This document shows positions 1 through 7,651 of a stretch of 13,580 bases of DNA, in pieces. The stretch lies in assembly GCA_049700215.1 (NCBI GenBank), contig JBNAVT010000039.1, forward strand, positions 1-13,580, written 5' to 3'. The translations under genes were made by a program, and so were the position numbers. The stretch comes from Thermoproteota archaeon. Its GTDB lineage: Archaea > Thermoproteota > EX4484-205 > JAAOZP01. Every line of letters begins with the position of its first letter. Position 1 is the stretch's first letter. Under the pieces are notes generated by a model. The model did no database searches and was not told the DNA's origin. It was given only the letters and a program-made list of their open reading frames with translations.

Positions 1-57
1 GTACCCGGCGTAGATAAGCAGGACATTAAGCTGAACGTGGTCGGCAAGACCCTTTAA
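1..57 (+). pseudogene. Truncated Hsp20/alpha-crystallin small heat-shock protein fragment (enters from the left edge, stops prematurely)
   Basis: Frame +1 reads VPGVDKQDIKLNVVGKTL* (TAA at 55-57). This matches the sHSP beta3-beta5 pattern (L/V)PGVxKEDIKLxVxxxxL. The normal downstream part of the domain, including the AxYxNGVL motif, is absent. Only 18 codons are visible and the ORF track does not list it. Confidence 0.7.
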
Positions 58-109
58 GTATATTCAGAGCGCCGCCATATATTACGACTGGATCAAAAGG
101 GAGGAGCCT

Positions 110-2206
110 TTGATCTTCGAAAGGGTCAGGGAGAAAATCATGGGAGGCAAATGGATACTTGGAGCAGGCTGGGTGGAGTTCGACACTCAAATGATATCCG
201 GCGAGTCGCTTGCCAGGCAACTCTTATACTCTCAAAGGTTTTACAGGGAGAACTTCGGAAGAACTGCTGACGTTCTCTGGCTTCCAGACACTTTTGGATT
301 TACACCAACCCTCCCCCAGGCAGCGAGGCTTGGGGGCGTTAAGGTTTTCGCGACTCACAAGGTCTTCTGGAACGACACGAATACTTTTCCATACAACGTG
401 TTTCTATGGATTGGCCCGGACAACAGTAGTCTTAAGACAGTAGCCTTCGGCCATGGGAAGGGGGGCTACAATTCTGATTTCACGGCAGACAGTGTTTACG
501 AGCAGTGGCAGAACTGGGTCGACAAGAATCACCCTATGCTCTACTCATACGGATATGGAGACGGGGGAGGTGGGCCTACTGAAGAAATGCTTTTGAGGGC
601 GGAGGCAGTGGACTCGCTCCCGATCTTACCGAGGGTAGAGCTTAACGGTTCCCTGGAGTCAGTTGTGCACGACCCAGTGTCTGAAGAATGGAGGGGGGAG
701 CTTTATCTCGAGGATCATAGGGGGGTTTTCACCTCGCATTCGAAGATGAAACTTTTAAACAGGAGGGCCGAGTTGGCTTTAAGGGAAGCGGAAACATGGG
801 CGACTTTTGCCGGAACATATGATAAAGAAAAGTTTTCAAGCCTTTGGAAAACCCTGCTTAAAAACCAGTTTCACGATGTTCTGCCGGGCTCCTCCATAAG
901 GGAGGTTTACAGCGAGGCCTATCCTGAGCTTGAAAACGTGATCGCAGAGGCGGAGAGGATTGCTGAAGAAGCCATGAGGAAAATAGCGGGGGAAGGACGC
1001 TCAACACTGGTTTTCAACTCGCTACCCTGGGACAGGGAGGACTATGTTGTTCTCGAGAAAGAGGTCGAGGGCTCTCAGAGAATCCCTGAAGGCTTCTTGG
1101 CGAAGGCTAGAGCACCCTCAGTCGGGTATGCCCCACTCGCCGCGGCTAAGGCGGCTCCGCAGGTGAAGATCACGGAGGAGAACGATTCCTACCTGGTTGA
1201 GAACAAGTTCTTTACGATAAGGATTTCGAAAAACGGAAGGCTGCTTTCCATATGGGATAAGGAGGCGTCTAGAGAAGTTTTGAAAAACCCTGGGAACAAG
1301 CTGGTTGCTTACGAGAATATTCCGGGTTGGGCTGACGCGTGGAACATTGAGAAGGGCTATAAGGAAACCTCTTTCGAAATAACTGCCTCCGAAAGTTGGA
1401 TTGGCAGCAAAGGCCCGTTAATGGCTTCCGCGTGCTTCACCTACCCGTTCAGGAGATCCGAGATTAGGCAGGAGATCAGGATATACTCCGACTCTAGGAG
1501 GATAGACTTCAAAACCACTATTGGCATGAAGGACAGGGAGCTGCTGGTTAAGACATGGTTTGACTTTGAAGTGAACGCGGAGAAGGCTGTTTCAGACGTT
1601 CCGTTTGGAGTAACTGAGAGACCAACCGCAAGAAACACTTCGTGGGAGAAGGCTAAATACGAGGTGGCGATGCAGAAAATGGTTGACCTTTCTGAGCACT
1701 GTTATGGTGTAGCATTGTTGAACGATGGGAAATACGGGGTCTCAATAGAAGGCTCTTCAATAGGGCTTTCACTCACCAGGACGCCTGTTTTTCCAGATCC
1801 TTCAACCGATCTCGAGGAGACCGCCTTCACATACTCGATATATCCCCACACGGGAGACTGGAAAGAGGCGGGAGTATTAAGGAGGGCTTACGAGCTCAAT
1901 GTACCCTTGAGAGTGGTCAAGGGAAGGAAAGATAGTAAAAGCTTCTTGAAAATAGGCTCCGACAATCTGATGCTTGAGGCTGTGAAAACGCCGGAGGATG
2001 GAGACGGTATTGTTCTAAGGCTTTACGAGTTCTATAATGCAAGGGGCAAGACGCGTATCAATCTTGCAATTAAAGCGAAAAGCGTAGAATCCGTAGACCT
2101 GCTTGAGTCAAACACCGTCAACAGAGACCTAAGGATAGATAGAAACGGTTTAGAGTTTACATATTGCAACAGGGAAATAATCACTTTGAAAATACGCGGG
2201 CACTAA
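110..2206 (+). CDS. Glycoside hydrolase family 38 alpha-mannosidase, N-terminally truncated (possible pseudogene or assembly junction)
   Basis: GH38 motifs are present: GWVEFD..SGESLARQ, nucleophile motif WLPDTFG, YGYGDGGGGP, GELYLEDHRGVFTS, NQFHDVLPGSSI, and C-terminal GVALLNDGKYG. In-frame homology extends upstream of the TTG to about position 50 (PFKYIQSAAIYYDWIKREEP), with an in-frame TGA at 32-34. The N-terminal H-x-D zinc-binding motif is missing. GGAGG at 100-104 precedes the TTG at 110. Confidence 0.9.
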   Translation: MIFERVREKIMGGKWILGAGWVEFDTQMISGESLARQLLYSQRFYRENFGRTADVLWLPDTFGFTPTLPQAARLGGVKVFATHKVFWNDTNTFPYNVFLWIGPDNSSLKTVAFGHGKGGYNSDFTADSVYEQWQNWVDKNHPMLYSYGYGDGGGGPTEEMLLRAEAVDSLPILPRVELNGSLESVVHDPVSEEWRGELYLEDHRGVFTSHSKMKLLNRRAELALREAETWATFAGTYDKEKFSSLWKTLLKNQFHDVLPGSSIREVYSEAYPELENVIAEAERIAEEAMRKIAGEGRSTLVFNSLPWDREDYVVLEKEVEGSQRIPEGFLAKARAPSVGYAPLAAAKAAPQVKITEENDSYLVENKFFTIRISKNGRLLSIWDKEASREVLKNPGNKLVAYENIPGWADAWNIEKGYKETSFEITASESWIGSKGPLMASACFTYPFRRSEIRQEIRIYSDSRRIDFKTTIGMKDRELLVKTWFDFEVNAEKAVSDVPFGVTERPTARNTSWEKAKYEVAMQKMVDLSEHCYGVALLNDGKYGVSIEGSSIGLSLTRTPVFPDPSTDLEETAFTYSIYPHTGDWKEAGVLRRAYELNVPLRVVKGRKDSKSFLKIGSDNLMLEAVKTPEDGDGIVLRLYEFYNARGKTRINLAIKAKSVESVDLLESNTVNRDLRIDRNGLEFTYCNREIITLKIRGH

Positions 2207-2211
2207 CCTAC

Positions 2212-3492
2212 TCAGGGGGTTTCAGTTCTCCAGACAGCGTAAAGCTCCTGTATAACGTCTTTATCAGCGCCGTCAAAGTTCCAGTATACTATGCCGTCGG
2301 CACGCCCGCGCGCTGCAGATTTAACGCTTTCAACGAAGAACTCTCTGCCAGCCATAGAGATGTTTGAAATACGTTCACCAAGCAGATAATGCACAGAGTC
2401 TGTGCGGAGAACCAATACAACCGGCCATATTCTGGCCTTCCCAACATTCCAGTAGGAGATTTTCCGGAGACCTGCCTCTATCGAACTTGAAGGCAGTCCT
2501 GAAAGCCTTGTCTCGTCGTAGTTACGCGGCTTAACAATGGTGTTCAATCCCGTGGCTACGTAGTAAAACTGGCTGAGAACATCCTTGTCGACACCGTAGG
2601 CACGGCTTAGCTCCTTGACCGCCGTTAAGCCCTCCCACTGCATCCAGTCAAAATAAAGCATCGGCTCAATAATGTCAAGAATATTGCTGAGAGCCCTATA
2701 GCTCTGGCCTGCCAGAAGGCTCCACCACGGTGACAAAAGATTAGCGCCAACAACTGTTCCACGGCCGCCTTCCTCCTTTACTGCTGAAGCGAAAGTCTTA
2801 ACAACGTTCTCAATATAATCGTTCCTGTATCTAAACCATTCGAACACCCCTGGAAACTCGTTGTAAAGATCCAGAACATCTGGAGTGCTCAAGGCTCCCT
2901 GCCTAACTATTTCCTCGGAGAAGCCCCCCTTGCCGAGGAAGTCTGTCAGACCCAGCAAGTCTCTCCTGATCGAAACCGGGTCGTAACCCAGGCGCTTCAT
3001 CTCCTCGCAGCAACTAGGGCAGAAACATGTTAGAAAATAGTCTAAGCCAGCCATAGGGCTTTCAAACCTTATGAAGTCAAGCACGATTCCCTCAACCCCG
3101 TATAGTCTGACTAGGCTTCGAAGGTCGGCGACTATTCTTCTTAAAACATCAGGATTTGTCGGACAGGCTCGATCATAATGAGGCTTCCCAAGTATAGTCC
3201 ATGTCGAATACTCTGGGCCCCTTCTAGCTATCTCCGGCCTACTGAAAACAGGGTAGCTTGCGAAAAAGTTTAAGCCCACTCCGCGAAACTCCTCGACAAG
3301 CCTCTTAAGATCCGCGTATGATTCTTTCTCAAAGTTTTCCGGGAGACACCTTACACCATTATAGAGCTCCCTAGCCTCCTCCGGGAAAACAGGAAGATGC
3401 GTATGCACATACTCTACGCCATACTCTTCCAGAAGGCGGCTTCCATACTCCTTCAGAGCCTTATGGCTGATGAAGGCACCTATCGGCTTCAT
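2212..3492 (-). CDS. Uncharacterised glycoside-hydrolase-like TIM-barrel protein (GHL10/DUF187-like) with Cys cluster
   Basis: 426-aa ORF with motifs ACPTNPDV, YGVEGIVLDFIRF, CFCPSCC, EWFRYR, DIIEPMLY and ADGIVYW, which are typical of GHL10-like (beta/alpha)8 barrels. Its start overlaps the upstream stop (ATGA at 3489-3492). Confidence 0.7.
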   Translation of the reverse strand: MKPIGAFISHKALKEYGSRLLEEYGVEYVHTHLPVFPEEARELYNGVRCLPENFEKESYADLKRLVEEFRGVGLNFFASYPVFSRPEIARRGPEYSTWTILGKPHYDRACPTNPDVLRRIVADLRSLVRLYGVEGIVLDFIRFESPMAGLDYFLTCFCPSCCEEMKRLGYDPVSIRRDLLGLTDFLGKGGFSEEIVRQGALSTPDVLDLYNEFPGVFEWFRYRNDYIENVVKTFASAVKEEGGRGTVVGANLLSPWWSLLAGQSYRALSNILDIIEPMLYFDWMQWEGLTAVKELSRAYGVDKDVLSQFYYVATGLNTIVKPRNYDETRLSGLPSSSIEAGLRKISYWNVGKARIWPVVLVLRTDSVHYLLGERISNISMAGREFFVESVKSAARGRADGIVYWNFDGADKDVIQELYAVWRTETP

Positions 3493-4622
3493 TTCTTAAC
3501 CGCCTCCGAAATCTTAACAATCCTGTTCTTCTCTTCCTCGCGGAAAGAAAAGAAGTCGAGCCCATCTAAGCCTGTTTCAGCAGCCAGCTTAACAGCCTGC
3601 TCGATATGCGGGTCGTCCAGCATCAAGATTGGATGGAGCTCGCTCCTTCCCGCTATAAGCCTTTTAGCAGACTGAAGCTCTGTTTTGATGGAGGAAAGAG
3701 GCAGACAGTCTTCAAAAAGCCTCCTGATGCTTGTCGGATACTCCTCTCCCCGGAAGCCGAAAATCTCGTAGAGCGTTTCCAAAAACATGCTTTCAGACAG
3801 CCAGGGGTTCCAGCGGAGCAGCTCCTCAGCGATTTTAGCCAGCTCAAAGTTGAGGCAGGCTACCCCACGCCCCCTCCTGTAAACCATGGGCTTCACGAAA
3901 TCCAGGTAGCGCCAAAGCTCCTGATAGTTCTGGCCGACTAGAAAAGCTAGTGAAGGAGTGAAAACATAGGCACCGAGGCAAGCCTTCCTGCTGTAGGTCT
4001 TGACCACGTTCCTGGTTTCAACAATAAACTCTGTTACACAATGCTCCCTGAACTCAAGCCAATCGAGCAGGGCACGCCGCCTCGTGACAAGATCCAAGAC
4101 ACCTACTGGAGAGGAACGGTATGCTTGCAAAACCTCCCAAACCCGCTTAAAATCGTAGAAAGCGTCAAGCATCTTTTTAACTGATTCCCTCATCTCTATG
4201 AACGGGTAGCCGTATTCCCCAGCTTTACTTCTACAATTGTCGCAGAAACATGTGGCGAAAGCCTCGATCCCACTGCCCATGGACGCAAAACGGATTCCGT
4301 CGAGCAAAATACTACTAACCTCGTGTTTCTCAACGATCTCGGAAACCTGGCTGAGGGTTCTGCGCCTTATGTCAGGATTATTCGGGCACCCGGATCCGAA
4401 CCAGACGTGTTTCTTACCATACGGGTCCTCCGCTAGGAGCCTTGGTTCCCGAGGCTCGTTGTCAAGCCGAAAAGCCCCGATGACGACGTGAACATTCAAA
4501 CCCTTATCCAGCAGTCCTTTGATTAACTCAGGATCATAGCCAACGACAACATCCTTAAAACCCTTTTCAAGGAGGAAATCCGCGTATTCGAGACGCGGTA
4601 TTCCGAACATCCAGAGCCTCAA
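3489..4622 (-). CDS. Uncharacterised glycoside-hydrolase-like TIM-barrel protein (GHL10/DUF187-like), paralog of 2212-3492
   Basis: 377-aa ORF with a TTG start preceded by GGTG. Motifs GCPNNPDIR, ILLDGIRF, CFCDNC, DWLEFR, GQNY, DFVKPMVY and LDGLDFF parallel those of the downstream gene in the same order. Confidence 0.7.
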   Translation of the reverse strand: MRLWMFGIPRLEYADFLLEKGFKDVVVGYDPELIKGLLDKGLNVHVVIGAFRLDNEPREPRLLAEDPYGKKHVWFGSGCPNNPDIRRRTLSQVSEIVEKHEVSSILLDGIRFASMGSGIEAFATCFCDNCRSKAGEYGYPFIEMRESVKKMLDAFYDFKRVWEVLQAYRSSPVGVLDLVTRRRALLDWLEFREHCVTEFIVETRNVVKTYSRKACLGAYVFTPSLAFLVGQNYQELWRYLDFVKPMVYRRGRGVACLNFELAKIAEELLRWNPWLSESMFLETLYEIFGFRGEEYPTSIRRLFEDCLPLSSIKTELQSAKRLIAGRSELHPILMLDDPHIEQAVKLAAETGLDGLDFFSFREEEKNRIVKISEAVKK

Positions 4623-4645
4623 TCTTTCAACACACCGGGTTTAGG

Positions 4646-4668
4646 ATGTTTAAATAATATTTAAGCAT
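4646..4668. promoter_or_regulatory. Near-perfect 23-bp palindrome containing the TATA box of the minus-strand GH-like gene pair; candidate operator
   Basis: ATGTTTAAATA-A-TATTTAAGCAT has 11-bp arms with one mismatch. The minus strand reads CTTAAATA at 4665-4658, about 36 nt upstream of the TTG at 4622. Confidence 0.55.
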
Positions 4669-4794
4669 GACTGGTTAAAGCAGGGGAAAACCGCGCCTGA
4701 AACAACCGTATGCTGAATCAGTCAACACGCTGGAATGTAGAAGCAGGGTCCATCGGTTGAAACCCCCTCGGGTTTGCGTAAAAAGACACCGGGA

Positions 4795-4845
4795 GGAAAG
4801 TAATTTTTAAAACTTCTGTTTAAACCTCTCAGTCTAAACCGGTGG
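4795..4845 (+). promoter_or_regulatory. Putative archaeal promoter (BRE/TATA) and RBS of the GH2 gene
   Basis: Purine-rich GGAAAG, then TTTTAAAA (4805-4812) and a second candidate TTTAAA (4819-4824). GGTGG at 4841-4845 lies 5 nt before the ATG at 4851. Confidence 0.45.
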
Positions 4846-4850
4846 ACAGC

Positions 4851-7580
4851 ATGCTGGCAGGAAGCTGGACAATAGGGGCAGAGGTCAAAGGCTTCGCGTC
4901 GAACGTTAAGCTCCCTCTCAAACGCGTTATCAACCTGAATGATGGCTGGATGTTTACAGTCGACCCGGAGGGGAAGCTTAACCCGGGGACCGTCCGCTCA
5001 GTGAAGGAGGCGAGAAGGGCTAGAGCAGGCCTACCCTGGGAGGCTCTGTTCCCAGACCTTATAGATTACGACGGGGTTGCATGGTATTGGCGTAGCTTCA
5101 GCGTCCCGTGCAGGCTAGAGGGTAAAAGAATTATTCTAAGATTCGACGCTGCTGATTACGAGGCTAGAGTATGGTTGAACGGGGTGGAGCTAGGCTCCCA
5201 TGAGGGAGGCTACACCCCGTTCGAGTTCGATGTGACGAGCATCGTAAAATTCGGCGGAGAGAATGAGCTCACGGTTAGGGTTTACGACCCTAAGGATTGC
5301 TCTGAAATCCCCAACGGCAAGCAGTCTCACTACTGTAATATCGGCGGCCTATGGCAGGGGGTCAGCCTCCTAATCCGGGAGAAAGTTTACGTGCATTCAG
5401 CATTCATTCTGCCAGACATCGATGAGTCGACAGTCAGGGTCCGCATAGTTCTCTCTCACGTTGAGAAGGCTCCTGAGGAAGGGCTTAGACTAACACTGAG
5501 GATTTCTCCAACCGGGGAGGAGAAAATAGTTAAAATAGTTAAGGACAAATCTGTTTACGAGGCGAAGATACCCATCGGGGAGCTGAGAAAATGGTCTCCA
5601 GACTCTCCTTTTCTCTACAGGCTTGAAATCCTTCTCTCCGGGGAAGGGGTTGAAGAAACCTGTTTCATAGACTTCGGCATGAGAAAGATAGAGGCGCGCG
5701 GGAATAAGATTTTCCTTAACGGCGAGCCCGTTTACCTCATTGGAGCACTCGACCAGGATTTCTACCCGGATGTAATATACGGCACGCCTTCAGACGAAAC
5801 GCTGCACGACCAGTTTCTCAAAGCCAGAGAACTTGGACTCAATTTTCTGAGGACACATATTAAGATACCGTGTCCAAACTACCTTGAGTGGGCGGACAGG
5901 CTTGGAGTAATGCTTTGGATCGACTTCCCGAGCTTCTACAGGTTCACCGTGGAGGCGAGGGAAAGGATGAGTAGGGAGCTTGAAGAATGGGTTTGGAGGG
6001 ATTTCAACCATCCGTCAATCTTCTGCTGGTGTCTGGTTAACGAGGAGTGGGGTGTCCCGCTCGCCGAAGACGAGGAGGCGAGAAAGTGGCTCCGCGAGAT
6101 ATGGCACACTGTTAAAAGGCTTGATCCCACTAGGCTTGTCGTCGATAATTCTCCCGCGAACGCGGGGCACGTTGTAAGCGATATTGAGGATCAGCATGTT
6201 TACATGGCTACTCCCGATCATGCTCGCGAGTTCGAAAACTGGGTGAATGATTTCTCCAAACACCCGGCTTGGACGTTCAGGTTTCCCGAGTCTGAGAGAA
6301 GAGGCTTCGAACCCTTAATGGTTTCAGAGTTCGGCAGCTGGGGGCTTCCGGATGTTGAGGAAATCCTTCGCTACTATGATTGGAGAGACCCGTACTGGTT
6401 TAACCAAGCGAGCTACGGTGGGCCGATCCGAACTGGTGTTAACGAGTTCTTCAGACTAGGGCTGGACGAGGCCTACGGCTCGTTGAGGAAGCTGGCGGAA
6501 GCCACTCAAAAACATCAGCTTGACTCTCTCAAGTTCCAGATTGAAACAATGAGGCTTCACCCCGAGATAATCGGCTACGTGATAACCCAGTTTACAGACT
6601 TGAACAGTGAGAGCAACGGCCTCATGGACATGTGTAGGGGAGTTAAGCTTCTACACCGCTTCATGAGGTTCTTCCAGGCGCAGGACGTTGTCGTAATAAG
6701 GCCTGGGAAATGGAGCTGTCTCGAGGGCGAGGAAGCCCGAGTGAAAATCTATGTTTCAAGGTTTTCCGCTCAAGAGCCGAAGGCTGTTGAATGGTGGGTT
6801 GAGAACACTCCCGTAGGCGGTGTTTTAAAGCCTGTTAGCGTTGAGAGGGCTTGCTGCACCGAGGTTGGTGAGGCAAGGTTCAGGATTCCAGAAGCCGGGT
6901 GGCCGGGTAGGCTGAAAATATGGGCAAGGCTGCTCGACACCCATGGGAGAGAGGTGTGTCGAAACTATCAGGAGATTCTGGTTCTCCCATCCTGGTCCGT
7001 CAGGATTACCGGGAGAATCAGCGTGTTCGGGGCTGACGCAACCCTCACGGAGAAGATTAGGGAAACAGGCTTAACCATTGTTGAGCCCAGCCAGTCCAAC
7101 GTAGCTGTGTCTCTAGGAGTTAACGAAGACGCTTTCAACTTCGCCGAGAAAGGAGGCAGGGTGCTCTTCCTGCTTGAGGACGCTGAGGCAGGGTCCACCA
7201 TGCCCGGTGGAGTCCGGCTTGCGGAGAGACGGGAGAAAGGTCGCTGGGGAGACTGGTGCACCGCGTTCCTATGGCTTAAGAAGAATGTTGCGAGCAGGCT
7301 GTTCTACGAGGGCCACCTTGGGATGCCGTTTATAGAGTGCATCCCCAGCATGGTTCTAGAAGGGTTGAGCCCCAAGGATGCTAGAAGGGCTTTCGGGGGA
7401 GTTTTCATCGGCTGGATGAGGGAGCCGGCTGCCACAATACTCCCCGTGGAGACGGGGAAAGGGCTTGCCGTCCTCTGCACCTTCAGGCTGGTGAAAAACC
7501 TGGTTAAAGACCCGGTTTCAACCGCACTCTTCTGCTCGCTGATCGACTTAATGTTTTCAGGAAAACTGGAAAGCGTTTAG
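4851..7580 (+). CDS. Glycoside hydrolase family 2 protein (beta-galactosidase/beta-glucuronidase/beta-mannosidase family) with C-terminal extension
   Basis: GH2 sugar-binding domain motifs AWYWRSF, RFDAADYEARVWLNG and HEGGYTPFEFDVT. TIM-barrel motifs LNGEPVYLIGALDQ, GLNFLRTHIK, NHPSIFCWCLVNEEWG (acid/base Glu) and PLMVSEFG (nucleophile Glu). I prefer the ATG at 4851 over the GTG at 4842 because that GTG lies inside the RBS-like GGTGG. No obvious signal peptide. Confidence 0.93.
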   Translation: MLAGSWTIGAEVKGFASNVKLPLKRVINLNDGWMFTVDPEGKLNPGTVRSVKEARRARAGLPWEALFPDLIDYDGVAWYWRSFSVPCRLEGKRIILRFDAADYEARVWLNGVELGSHEGGYTPFEFDVTSIVKFGGENELTVRVYDPKDCSEIPNGKQSHYCNIGGLWQGVSLLIREKVYVHSAFILPDIDESTVRVRIVLSHVEKAPEEGLRLTLRISPTGEEKIVKIVKDKSVYEAKIPIGELRKWSPDSPFLYRLEILLSGEGVEETCFIDFGMRKIEARGNKIFLNGEPVYLIGALDQDFYPDVIYGTPSDETLHDQFLKARELGLNFLRTHIKIPCPNYLEWADRLGVMLWIDFPSFYRFTVEARERMSRELEEWVWRDFNHPSIFCWCLVNEEWGVPLAEDEEARKWLREIWHTVKRLDPTRLVVDNSPANAGHVVSDIEDQHVYMATPDHAREFENWVNDFSKHPAWTFRFPESERRGFEPLMVSEFGSWGLPDVEEILRYYDWRDPYWFNQASYGGPIRTGVNEFFRLGLDEAYGSLRKLAEATQKHQLDSLKFQIETMRLHPEIIGYVITQFTDLNSESNGLMDMCRGVKLLHRFMRFFQAQDVVVIRPGKWSCLEGEEARVKIYVSRFSAQEPKAVEWWVENTPVGGVLKPVSVERACCTEVGEARFRIPEAGWPGRLKIWARLLDTHGREVCRNYQEILVLPSWSVRITGRISVFGADATLTEKIRETGLTIVEPSQSNVAVSLGVNEDAFNFAEKGGRVLFLLEDAEAGSTMPGGVRLAERREKGRWGDWCTAFLWLKKNVASRLFYEGHLGMPFIECIPSMVLEGLSPKDARRAFGGVFIGWMREPAATILPVETGKGLAVLCTFRLVKNLVKDPVSTALFCSLIDLMFSGKLESV

Positions 7581-7651
7581 CCCCGGGAGCCCAGTGTAGG
7601 AGCAGGCATCCAGGCTTTTAACCCGCAGCCATCGTGGAAACCTCTAGACGC

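Noticed and set aside
50-56. C CCT TTA slippery heptamer that would shift -1 into the GH38 frame (fucA1-like programmed frameshift)
   Set aside because: The required zero frame (+3) has TAA stops at 15-17 and 27-29 and does not look like GH38 sequence.
4760-4775. Hairpin AAACCC-CCTC-GGGTTT in the divergent intergenic region
   Set aside because: The stem is only 6 bp, and it is neither downstream of a gene end nor repeated elsewhere, so it is compatible with chance.
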